Assembly: GCA_000434115.1 (NCBI GenBank)
Contig: FR894025.1
Location: 1-44,051 of the forward strand
From: Roseburia sp. CAG:309
GTDB taxonomy: Bacteria; Bacillota; Clostridia; Lachnospirales; Lachnospiraceae
Direction: 5' to 3'
DNA: 44,051 nucleotides
Part shown: in pieces, positions 27,011 through 35,923 of the stretch
Numbering within the stretch: the stretch's first letter is position 1
Layout: every line of letters begins with the position of its first letter
Notes under the pieces: model-generated
What the model saw: only the letters and a program-made list of their open reading frames with translations
What the model was told of the DNA's origin: nothing
Database searches by the model: none
Program-made: the position numbers and the translations under genes

Positions 27011-28447
27011 ATGAATTCCGAGTACGAACAATATAAAATGGATGGACTTCACGAAGAATGTGGAGTATTTGGTATGTATGATCTGGATGGAGGGGATGTA
27101 GCCTCCTCCATCTATTATGGGTTATTTTCGTTACAGCATCGCGGGCAGGAGAGCTGTGGTATCGCCGTCAGTGATACCAATGGTCCGAAGCGTAAGGTCG
27201 ATGTTCAAAAAGGAATGGGGCTTGTCAATGAAGTATTTGACGAAGAGAACTTGTCAAAATTGAAAGGAAATATTGGAGTAGGCCATGTGCGCTATTCGAC
27301 AGCAGGGGCAAGCAACAGCCAGAATGTGCAGCCGCTTGTGCTGAATTATGTCAAAGGTACGCTCATGCTTGCTCACAATGGAAATCTGGTCAACGCACAC
27401 AAACTGCGTGAAGAGATGGAATATACCGGTGCGATCTTTCATACAACGATCGATACCGAAGTGATCGCGTATCTGATCGCGCGTGAGCGCCTGCATACGC
27501 CGACAGCAGAAGAGGCGGTAAAAAATGCGATGATGAAATTGCAGGGAGCGTATTCCATCATCATCTCAAGTCCGCGTAAACTGATCGGGGCAAGAGATCC
27601 TTATGGATTCCGTCCGTTAGTTATCGGAAAGCGTGACAACAGTTATATTCTGGCGTCCGAGACGTGTGCCTTGGATGCAGTCGATGCGGAATTTGTGCGG
27701 GATGTGAAACCGGGCGAGATCGTAATGCTTGATAAAGATGGAATCCAGTCGGATGAGACACTTTGTAATAAGCATTCGGCAAAATGTATCTTTGAATATA
27801 TTTATTTTGCAAGACCGGACAGTTATTTCGATGGTGTCAGTGTCTACAACAGTAGAATAATGGCGGGAAAAATTCTGGCGCAGATGCATCCGGCAGAAGC
27901 GGATATCGTAGTCGGTGTACCGGAATCCGGAAACGTCGCTGCAATGGGGTTTGCGCTGCAATCCGGAATCCCGTACGGAACGGCATTTATCAAAAACAGT
28001 TATGTCGGACGTACCTTTATCAAACCGAAGCAGTCCGCCAGAGAATCCAGCGTAAAGATCAAATTGAATGTATTAAAAGAAGTGGTTCGCGGCAAACGTG
28101 TCGTCATGGTCGATGATTCCATCGTGCGTGGTACGACAAGTGAGCGAATTGTCAAAATGTTAAAGAATGCCGGAGCCAAAGAGGTGCATGTGCGAATCAG
28201 TTCGCCGCCATTTTTGTATCCGTGCTATTTTGGAACCGATGTGCCAAGCTGTGACCAGCTGATCGCACACAACAATACGGTGGAGCAGATCTGCGACATG
28301 ATCGGTGCGGATTCCCTCGGTTATCTGGACGGAGAACGTCTGGATGAGTTGATTGAAGGGGATCACGGATACTGCGACGCCTGCTTTTCCGGGAACTATC
28401 CGGTGGAACCGCCGCAGGAAGACATTCGCGGTGAATATGAACAATAG
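27011..28447 (+). CDS. purF: Amidophosphoribosyltransferase, propeptide and 4Fe-4S type
   Basis: EE|CGVFG processing site, QHRGQES, VDDSIVRGTTS and C-terminal CDAC. Confidence 0.97.
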   Translation: MNSEYEQYKMDGLHEECGVFGMYDLDGGDVASSIYYGLFSLQHRGQESCGIAVSDTNGPKRKVDVQKGMGLVNEVFDEENLSKLKGNIGVGHVRYSTAGASNSQNVQPLVLNYVKGTLMLAHNGNLVNAHKLREEMEYTGAIFHTTIDTEVIAYLIARERLHTPTAEEAVKNAMMKLQGAYSIIISSPRKLIGARDPYGFRPLVIGKRDNSYILASETCALDAVDAEFVRDVKPGEIVMLDKDGIQSDETLCNKHSAKCIFEYIYFARPDSYFDGVSVYNSRIMAGKILAQMHPAEADIVVGVPESGNVAAMGFALQSGIPYGTAFIKNSYVGRTFIKPKQSARESSVKIKLNVLKEVVRGKRVVMVDDSIVRGTTSERIVKMLKNAGAKEVHVRISSPPFLYPCYFGTDVPSCDQLIAHNNTVEQICDMIGADSLGYLDGERLDELIEGDHGYCDACFSGNYPVEPPQEDIRGEYEQ

Positions 28448-28452
28448 AGGTT

Positions 28453-28557
28453 ACGATTCCGGGCTTGTGCGTGAAAGAGCAGCGAGTCGTCGTGCTTGCA
28501 CGAAAGAATTGCTGTTCTTTGGCGCACAGTTGCCCGAGTGGGCAAGCCCGGAATCGT
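28453..28557. repeat. Nested inverted-repeat element between purF and purB
   Basis: Perfect 15-bp IR ACGATTCCGGGCTTG/CAAGCCCGGAATCGT enclosing a long inner stem. Confidence 0.75.
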
Positions 28558-28604
28558 TGGCAACCCGGAGTTGCTAATAACATAAGTAAGAAAGGAACTA
28601 TATT

Positions 28605-30059
28605 ATGAGCACAGACAGATATACAAGTCCGTTGTCCGAACGTTATTCCAGTAAGGAAATGCAGTACATTTTCTCACAGGATATGAAGTTTTCCACATGG
28701 AGAAAATTGTGGATTGCTCTGGCAGAAACGGAAAAAGAATTGGGTCTGAAAGATGCCGATGGAAATCCGCGTATCACAGACGAGCAGATTGAAGAATTGA
28801 AATCTCACATCTATGATATCAATTACGATGTGGCAAAAGCCCGCGAAAAGGAAGTGCGTCACGATGTAATGAGCCATGTGTATGCGTATGGACAGCAGTG
28901 CCCGAAAGCCGCCGGGATCATTCATCTTGGTGCGACATCCTGTTATGTCGGAGATAACACAGACGTTATCATTATGACAGAAGGGTTGAAACTGGTTAAA
29001 AAGAAACTGGTCAATGTCATCGACGAACTTTCGAAATTCGCGATGAAATACAAAGATCTTCCAACACTTGCGTTTACGCATTTTCAGCCGGCACAGCCGA
29101 CGACTGTCGGAAAACGTGCGACACTCTGGATGCAGGAACTTGTGATGGATCTGGAAGATCTGGATCATGTTCTTTCTCATATGAAACTTCTTGGTTCCAA
29201 AGGAACAACAGGAACGCAGGCAAGTTTCCTTGAATTGTTTGAGGGCGACGAAGAGGCTTGTAAAAAAGCAGATAAAATGATCGCTGAAAAAATGGGATTT
29301 GATGCCTGCTTCCCGGTATCCGGACAGACGTATTCCCGTAAACTGGATACCCGTGTGTGCAATGTTCTTGCCGGAATTGCGGCAAGTGCTCATAAGTTCT
29401 CAAATGATATCCGCCTGCTTCAGCATTTGAAAGAAGTAGAGGAACCGTTTGAAAAGAGTCAGATCGGTTCTTCCGCAATGGCATACAAGAGAAATCCGAT
29501 GCGAAGTGAGCGTATCGCCTCTCTTTCCCGTTACGTGATGATCGATGTGCTGAATCCTGCCATCACTTCTGCCACACAGTGGTTTGAAAGAACACTGGAT
29601 GATTCTGCCAATAAACGTCTGAGCGTAGCCGAAGCATTTTTGACAATTGACGGTGTGCTCGATCTTTACCTTAATGTCGTAGACGGCTTGGTGGTTTACG
29701 AAAAAGTAATTACCAAACGTCTGATGTCAGAACTTCCGTTTATGGCAACCGAAAACATTATGATGGATGCCGTAAAAGCCGGCGGAAACCGTCAGGAACT
29801 GCACGAAAAGATACGTACGCTTTCGATGGAAGCGGGACGCAACGTCAAAGAGCGTGGTTTGGAAAACAATCTGCTTGAACTGATCGCAGCAGACGATGAA
29901 TTCCCAATGACGTTAGAAGAATTGCAAAAGACGATGGATCCAAGCAAGTACGTAGGCCGCGCGCCAAGTCAGGTGGTTGAATTTATGAACGATGTGATTC
30001 AGCCGATTCTGGATGAAAATAAAGAACTGCTTGGTGTAAAAGCAGAGATTAATGTATAA
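28605..30059 (+). CDS. purB: Adenylosuccinate lyase
   Basis: RHDVM, HLGATS, THFQPAQ and the fumarate-lyase signature GSSAMAYKRNP. Confidence 0.96.
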   Translation: MSTDRYTSPLSERYSSKEMQYIFSQDMKFSTWRKLWIALAETEKELGLKDADGNPRITDEQIEELKSHIYDINYDVAKAREKEVRHDVMSHVYAYGQQCPKAAGIIHLGATSCYVGDNTDVIIMTEGLKLVKKKLVNVIDELSKFAMKYKDLPTLAFTHFQPAQPTTVGKRATLWMQELVMDLEDLDHVLSHMKLLGSKGTTGTQASFLELFEGDEEACKKADKMIAEKMGFDACFPVSGQTYSRKLDTRVCNVLAGIAASAHKFSNDIRLLQHLKEVEEPFEKSQIGSSAMAYKRNPMRSERIASLSRYVMIDVLNPAITSATQWFERTLDDSANKRLSVAEAFLTIDGVLDLYLNVVDGLVVYEKVITKRLMSELPFMATENIMMDAVKAGGNRQELHEKIRTLSMEAGRNVKERGLENNLLELIAADDEFPMTLEELQKTMDPSKYVGRAPSQVVEFMNDVIQPILDENKELLGVKAEINV

Positions 30060-30492
30060 GGACAGCAAAATCCTTTGATATCCGCAGAAGATGGTGCTTA
30101 TGCTTGGGATGTTCCGGAAGGATTGTGGCAAGTCAGATGTGAGAAGGAGGGATATGAAGCAGCATGTTCGGAATGGCTTCAAGTTCCACCACCACAGCTT
30201 GGAATTAATATCCCGATGAAAAAAGAAAATGCTGATGTGAAACCGGAAGAAACTCAAAGTAAAAGCTACATGGAAAAAACTTACAAACGTTTTCGGCTAC
30301 CAGATTCAGTACGCGCCAAACAAAAAGTTCAAAAAAGCAAAGAGCAAAACAGTCAAGTCAAGCTCTGTTACGCTTAAGAAGCTGAAAAAGAAAAAGACCT
30401 ATTTTGTTCGAGTGAGGGCATATAAATTGGCGAACGGAAAGAAAGTGTATGGAAAATGGAGTAGTGTAAAAAAGGTTAAGATAAAGAAATAA
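30060..30492 (+). pseudogene. Remnant of a large cell-surface protein with an FN3-like C-terminal module
   Basis: No SD or credible start. One frame reads GQQNPLISAEDGAYAWDVPEGLWQV...PPPQ; after frameshifts another reads GYQIQYA...TYFVRVRAYK...GKWSSVKKVKIKK*. Confidence 0.7.
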
Positions 30493-30523
30493 AAAGAGTC
30501 AGTACAAAAGGGACTACCGCGTT

Positions 30524-31030
30524 TTAAACGCAGGCAGTTCCTTTTGTGCTTGTGATCACGCCGCAGGCAATTTTTTTGCCGGAATTTCCGGACGGCCGGG
30601 TATGAAAATCGTCAGGATCGGAATGCACGATCACGGTAAGCCCAAGAACATCAGACACGGAAAAACGGGTTGTGATCATAGCGTACCATGCCATACCATT
30701 ATTTACAAAAAGTGGTGGCAGATCACCGGCGTGTAGTGGATGCGGGCAGTTGGTTGGATTGAAGTGAGTGCGTGCATCTGCAAAAGGATCCTCAGAATTT
30801 CCGCTGCAACGGAAACCTTCATGAATATGAAATCCGAGAACACGCTGGCAGCAGGAAGCGGATTCCATAGGAATCCCTTCGATGGAAACGGCGACGAGTG
30901 TTCCCTGCCCTAAGTCATAAAAGCGGATCTGTCCGCGGATACTTTCATATTTTTCAGAACCACATATATTAGCTATTGCCTGTGGGGATGAAGTGGACAA
31001 TATCCGTCCAATGCAATTTGAGTCATACAT
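30524..31030 (-). CDS. sodC: Cu/Zn superoxide dismutase family protein, no signal peptide
   Basis: GFHIHE, HFNP, HPLHAGDLP, IVHSDPDD and GNSGKKIACG motifs; SD GGGAG before ATG 31030. Confidence 0.85.
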   Translation of the reverse strand: MYDSNCIGRILSTSSPQAIANICGSEKYESIRGQIRFYDLGQGTLVAVSIEGIPMESASCCQRVLGFHIHEGFRCSGNSEDPFADARTHFNPTNCPHPLHAGDLPPLFVNNGMAWYAMITTRFSVSDVLGLTVIVHSDPDDFHTRPSGNSGKKIACGVITSTKGTACV

Positions 31031-31204
31031 AATAAAAACTCCCATGTTTGAGTTAAGGTTCATTTCTAATAATATGCCGGCTGGAAGGAAAAAGTGTATG
31101 TAAAAATAAAGGGAAACAGAAAGCTCCAAAAACAAAAAATGAAACAAATTGAAATCAATTGCTTGATTATGAAAAAGAGAGAGAGGAGGCAATGGTTGAA
31201 AAAT

Positions 31205-31629
31205 ATGGTGATCTTGGTTGATACCAATATTTTATTAAATTATCTTACAAACAGACAAGATGAGTATTTGGAGCAATCGATCCGGATTGTAGAGATGTGC
31301 GCACGGGATTATTTATTGGATATGTTGCGTTTCATACTCTTTCTACATTGTGGTATGTACTTCGGAAACGAAGTCAGGAAGAACGAAGACAAAATTTGAG
31401 GGATATTTGCGAAATATTTAGTGTGGCAGCTGCGTCAAAGAGTGAAATTATAGATGCCATTAATAGGGATTTTTTTGCTGATTTTGAAGACTGTTTGCAG
31501 GATAAATGTGCGAAGGAAGTGGGTGCTGACTATATAATTACCTGTAGCACAAAGGATTTTGAAAATTCGGAAGTTCAGGCAGTGAATCCTAAGGAATTTA
31601 TGGATAGGGTCGCAAATGGAACAATCTGA
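31205..31629 (+). pseudogene. PIN-domain (VapC-like) toxin gene split by a frameshift
   Basis: N-part MVILVDTNILL and C-part DFEDCLQ...ADYIIT..KDF are in different frames; junction at about 31300-31310. Confidence 0.8.
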
Positions 31630-31658
31630 CAACTTTTTCAGGCAAGGAAAGCCCCTTC

Positions 31659-31709
31659 AGGACCAATGCAGATACAAACAGGATAATTCATTTGTACGCA
31701 TTGGTCCTT
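31659..31709. terminator. Hairpin or possible terminator after the PIN gene
   Basis: AGGACCAATGC...GCATTGGTCCT inverted repeat; weak U tract. Confidence 0.45.
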
Positions 31710-31748
31710 GATGCTTTCTTATATAAATAAAAAGAATCGTCTTTGCAC

Positions 31749-31777
31749 TTGCAAACCTATCCAAAATCATATATAAT
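31749..31777 (+). promoter_or_regulatory. SigA promoter of purA
   Basis: TTGCAA-17 bp-TATAAT. Confidence 0.75.
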
Positions 31778-31841
31778 AAATTTGTGTGCGTCTGTGCATA
31801 CAAAAAAAGGTGAAAAACGTGAGTTTAAGGAGGAATGGCTA

Positions 31842-33116
31842 ATGGTAACAGCAGTTGTAGGAGCCAATTGGGGAGACGAAGGAAAAGGTAAGATTACCGA
31901 TATGCTGGGCGAAGAGTCCGATATCATTGTACGTTTTCAGGGAGGCAGCAATGCCGGTCATACGATCGTAAATGATTATGGAAAATTTGCATTACATATC
32001 CTTCCATCAGGTGTGTTCTATAATCATACCACAAGTATTATTGGAAATGGAGTGGCATTGAATATTCCGGATCTGTTCCGCGAGATTAATGACATTGTAA
32101 ACCAGGGAGTGCCGAAACCGAAGATTTTGGTGTCGGATCGTGCTCAAATTGTAATGCCTTACCACGTGCTGTTTGATCAATATGAGGAAGAGCGTTTGGC
32201 TGGAAAGTCATTTGGCTCTACGAAATCAGGAATTGCGCCATTCTATTCTGATAAATATGCGAAAGTCGGTGTACAGGTTTCTGAATTGTTTGACGAAGAA
32301 GCACTTCGCGAAAAAATCGAGGGAATCTGTGTGCAGAAAAATGTGATCTTAGAGCATCTTTATCACAAACCGGCTTTGAATGTTGACGAGTTGATGAAGA
32401 CTTTGGCAGAGTACCGTGATATGGTAGCGCCTTATGTATGCGACGTATCAGCTTATCTGTATGAAGCAAGACAGCAGGGTAAACGAATCCTGTTAGAAGG
32501 TCAGCTTGGATCCTTGAAAGATCCGGATCACGGAATCTATCCGATGGTTACTTCCTCGTCTACACTGGCTGCGTATGGAGCAATTGGAGCAGGAATCCCA
32601 CCATATGAGATTGGACGTATTGTGACGGTTGTAAAGGCATATTCCAGTGCTGTTGGAGCCGGAGAATTTGTCAGTGAGATCTTTGGGGATGAGGCCGATG
32701 AACTCCGCCGCCGCGGTGGTGATGGGGGAGAATATGGTGCTACGACAGGCCGTCCACGCCGTATGGGATGGTTTGATGCGGTAGCGAGCCGTTATGGATG
32801 CCGTATTCAGGGTGCGACAGAAGTGGCACTTACTGTACTTGATGTACTTGGCTATCTGGATGAGCTTCCGATCTGCGTTGGATATGAGATCGACGGAAAA
32901 GTGACGAAAGACTTCCCGACAACGAGAGAACTCAAGAAAGCTAAACCGGTATATGAAGTACTTCCGGGATGGAAAGAAGAGATCCGCGGAATTACAGAGT
33001 ATGACAAACTTCCGGAGAATTGCCGCAAATATATCGAATTTATTGAAAAAGAACTTGGCGTGCCGATCAAGATGGTTTCCAATGGACCGGGACGACATGA
33101 AATCATATATCGTTGA
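31842..33116 (+). CDS. purA: Adenylosuccinate synthetase
   Basis: GANWGDEGKGK, GGSNAGHT, DHGIYPMVTSS and TTGRPRR motifs; SD AAGGAGG before ATG 31842. Confidence 0.97.
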   Translation: MVTAVVGANWGDEGKGKITDMLGEESDIIVRFQGGSNAGHTIVNDYGKFALHILPSGVFYNHTTSIIGNGVALNIPDLFREINDIVNQGVPKPKILVSDRAQIVMPYHVLFDQYEEERLAGKSFGSTKSGIAPFYSDKYAKVGVQVSELFDEEALREKIEGICVQKNVILEHLYHKPALNVDELMKTLAEYRDMVAPYVCDVSAYLYEARQQGKRILLEGQLGSLKDPDHGIYPMVTSSSTLAAYGAIGAGIPPYEIGRIVTVVKAYSSAVGAGEFVSEIFGDEADELRRRGGDGGEYGATTGRPRRMGWFDAVASRYGCRIQGATEVALTVLDVLGYLDELPICVGYEIDGKVTKDFPTTRELKKAKPVYEVLPGWKEEIRGITEYDKLPENCRKYIEFIEKELGVPIKMVSNGPGRHEIIYR

Positions 33117-33189
33117 TGAATATGGAAAAGGATGGAAATCAGGAAAACTTGGTTTCCATCCTTTGGTATAAAGCGAGGATGGAGAAGAC

Positions 33190-33663
33190 ATGTTTTTGGT
33201 ATTTTTTATATTTTGGGTTGTGCTGAATGGCAAAATAAATGGGGAAATTGCAGCATTCGGCGTAGTGATCGCGCTTGCTGTATTTTTGTTTTGCTATAAA
33301 TTTTTGGAATATTCCGTAAAGAAAGACATAGCAGTTTGCAAGGTTTCCGGCCTTGCTGTTTGCTATGTCTTTTTGCTGCTTTGGGAGATCATAAAGGCGA
33401 ATGTAGGAGTCATGCGGTTCGTCTACAATGAAAGAGAAGAAGTAGAACCGTGTATCGTTGAGATGGAAACGCCGTTTGAGATTAATTGTCTCAATGTGAT
33501 TCTGGCAGATTCCATCACACTGACACCGGGAACGATAACGGTAGAGCTGACCGCAGATAAATTTACCATTCACTGCCTGGATCAAACGATGGCAGAGGGG
33601 ATGAAAGATTCGTCATTTGTACAGTTACTGAGAAAGATTGAACGGGAGGTGAAGGCATGTTGA
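33190..33663 (+). CDS. mrpE: Mrp/Mnh antiporter subunit E
   Basis: EIIKANV, SITLTPGTI and IHCLD motifs. Confidence 0.9.
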   Translation: MFLVFFIFWVVLNGKINGEIAAFGVVIALAVFLFCYKFLEYSVKKDIAVCKVSGLAVCYVFLLLWEIIKANVGVMRFVYNEREEVEPCIVEMETPFEINCLNVILADSITLTPGTITVELTADKFTIHCLDQTMAEGMKDSSFVQLLRKIEREVKAC

Positions 33664-33959
33664 CAACGATACAGCAGCCATTTTTTATCGTAGTATTTAT
33701 TCTGCTCGGAAGCTGCATGATCGCCTGTCTGATCGCAGCCATACGCGGTCCGGAACTTGGCGACCGAATTGTGGCAGCAAATATGATTGGAACATTGACG
33801 ATCGCCGCCATCTGCCTTCTTTCCTATGCGTTAAAAGAAAGCTGGCTTTTGGATGTGGCATTGATTTACACCATGATCAGTTTTCTGGCAGTCGTCGTAT
33901 TGACGCGTATTTTTATACGCCGTTACAAAAGCCGCGCCAAAGAGCAGGAGAAAGGATAA
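33657..33959 (+). CDS. mrpF: Mrp/Mnh antiporter subunit F
   Basis: GP...DRIVA and LDVAL motifs; three TM segments. Confidence 0.9.
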   Translation: MLTTIQQPFFIVVFILLGSCMIACLIAAIRGPELGDRIVAANMIGTLTIAAICLLSYALKESWLLDVALIYTMISFLAVVVLTRIFIRRYKSRAKEQEKG

Positions 33960-33963
33960 AAAG

Positions 33964-34278
33964 ATGGAATGGATTCGTTTTATTGTCGCAGCGGTCTGCA
34001 TCAGCGGCGGCGTATTTGTAATGATATCTGCGGCGATCGGGGTGTACCGTTTTCCCGAATGCCTGACCCGGATGCACGCGGCAGCAATGGGTGACACGTT
34101 AGGGCTGGGGCTTATTATTCTGGGACTTATTGTGCTCTTTGGATTTTCGGTTACGACCGTTAAACTGGTACTTGTCGTCGCCTTTTTGTGGACAACCGGT
34201 CCGGTGTCCAGTCATCTCATCGCGCAGATGATGGTAGAAAAAAAGAAAAAGAGAGAAGAGGAGGCAAAACAAAAATGA
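33964..34278 (+). CDS. mrpG: Mrp/Mnh antiporter subunit G
   Basis: GVYRFP, TRMHAA, DTLG and TGPVSSH motifs. Confidence 0.9.
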   Translation: MEWIRFIVAAVCISGGVFVMISAAIGVYRFPECLTRMHAAAMGDTLGLGLIILGLIVLFGFSVTTVKLVLVVAFLWTTGPVSSHLIAQMMVEKKKKREEEAKQK

Positions 34279-34565
34279 CAATTTTTTCCTATATTTTAGT
34301 GACGTTTTTGATCGTTTGTGCGGTTGCTGTCTGCCTCAATAAAAATCTCCTCACTTCGATCGTCATATTTATGTCATATAGCGTGATCATGTGCATTATC
34401 TGGATCCTTTTGGAATCTCCCGATCTTGCGATCACAGAGGCGGCGGTCGGAGCCGGTGTTACAAGTCTTCTTTTCTTTATGACATTGAAAAAAATACATG
34501 CCCTGACAGAGGTTCGCGGAGAAGAGGAACCGATGTGGGATGACGAAGAGGGGGAGGACGAATGA
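34275..34565 (+). CDS. DUF4040 / MbhD-like Mrp subunit
   Basis: PDLAITEAAVGAG motif; start moved to ATG 34275, overlapping the mrpG stop. Confidence 0.85.
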   Translation: MTIFSYILVTFLIVCAVAVCLNKNLLTSIVIFMSYSVIMCIIWILLESPDLAITEAAVGAGVTSLLFFMTLKKIHALTEVRGEEEPMWDDEEGEDE

Positions 34566-35548
34566 GCAGAGAAAGGGAAAACTATGAAAATGGCTGGTGG
34601 CGGAAATTACAGCGTTTTGTCGATGGAGAACGCGTGGAAAAACACGAGTATGAAGATATTTTTGAAAATCACACGTCGTTTTTGAAGAATGAGGCAGATA
34701 AAGAGACTACAGAAGTAGAACAAATTGCTGCTAAACCGTACAGAATGTCAAGAAAAGAGCTTTATAAGCGATATGAAAAATGGCCGCAGACAAGAGGTTT
34801 TCAATGGTTCCGGAGAATATACAACTGCGTGGCGGTCTTGTTTTGTCTGGCGCTCATTACGGTGCTTTTGCTGACGGTAAATCAATTGCCGACGTTTGGG
34901 GCTAAAGACAATCCGACTTCGAATGAAGTAGTCAGCCGTTATATTACAAAAGGGCTGGAGGAAACCGGGGCGACGAATATTGTGGCAGGCATGATCCTTG
35001 ATTACCGTGCTTTTGATACATTGGGCGAATCGCATGTGCTGTTTATCGCGGCGACCTGCGTGATGATCCTTCTTCGTCTCGATTCGAAGACCAAACGAAA
35101 TCAGGAGATCCGGAGAAAACCCAAAAAGACGGACGATCCGATCCTGCGTATGGCGGCAAAATTATTGACACCGTTTATCCTGATCTTTGGAATTTATATC
35201 GTGCTGAATGGACATTTGTCTCCGGGAGGTGGATTTTCCGGCGGCGCGATCATCGGAGCGGGGCTGATTCTTATGGCAAATGCGTTTGGCTTTGAGCAGA
35301 CCGACCGTTTCTTTACGCGAAAGACCTATTCGATCATTACGGTCGCATCACTTTTGTTTTACTCGGCAGCCAAAAGCTATTCGTTTTTTACCGGAGCCAA
35401 TCATCTGGAAAGTGGGATCCCAAAGGGGATTCCGGGGGCGATCGTGAGTGGAGGACTGATTCTGCCATTAAATATCTGCGTGGGAATGGTCGTCGCTTGT
35501 ACCATGTACGGCTTCTATTCGCTGTTTCGGAAAGGGGAGATTGGATAA
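34562..35548 (+). CDS. mrpB: MrpB-family subunit (MbhE + MbhF-like fusion)
   Basis: NIVAGMILDYRAFDTLGE and GHLSPGGGFSGG motifs. Confidence 0.87.
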   Translation: MSRERENYENGWWRKLQRFVDGERVEKHEYEDIFENHTSFLKNEADKETTEVEQIAAKPYRMSRKELYKRYEKWPQTRGFQWFRRIYNCVAVLFCLALITVLLLTVNQLPTFGAKDNPTSNEVVSRYITKGLEETGATNIVAGMILDYRAFDTLGESHVLFIAATCVMILLRLDSKTKRNQEIRRKPKKTDDPILRMAAKLLTPFILIFGIYIVLNGHLSPGGGFSGGAIIGAGLILMANAFGFEQTDRFFTRKTYSIITVASLLFYSAAKSYSFFTGANHLESGIPKGIPGAIVSGGLILPLNICVGMVVACTMYGFYSLFRKGEIG

Positions 35549-35918
35549 AATGACATTATTTACCAATTATTATGAGACGGCTGCCGTGATCCTTTTTGGC
35601 ATCGGACTTACGACCTTGCTGCTTCATAAAAATATGATCAAAAAAATTATGGGATTTAATATTATGGATACGGCGATTTATCTGTTTTTGACATCAAAAG
35701 GGTATATCGTGGGACGGCTTGCTCCGATCGTTGTCAATGACGATCTGCGGGTGGAGACGTATGTCAATCCGATTCCAAGCGGACTGGTGTTGACAGGGAT
35801 CGTTGTATCGGTCAGTGTCACGGCACTGATGCTGGCCATTACGGTGAGACTGTATAAACGTTATGGCACATTGGATATCGATGAGATCGCACTTAGCGCA
35901 AAGAGAGAGGAGATATAA
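35541..35918 (+). CDS. mrpC: Mrp subunit C (NuoK-like)
   Basis: NMIKKIMG and NPIPSGLVLTGIVV motifs. Start is TTG 35541 or ATG 35550. Confidence 0.9.
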   Translation: MDKMTLFTNYYETAAVILFGIGLTTLLLHKNMIKKIMGFNIMDTAIYLFLTSKGYIVGRLAPIVVNDDLRVETYVNPIPSGLVLTGIVVSVSVTALMLAITVRLYKRYGTLDIDEIALSAKREEI

Positions 35919-35923
35919 GATTC

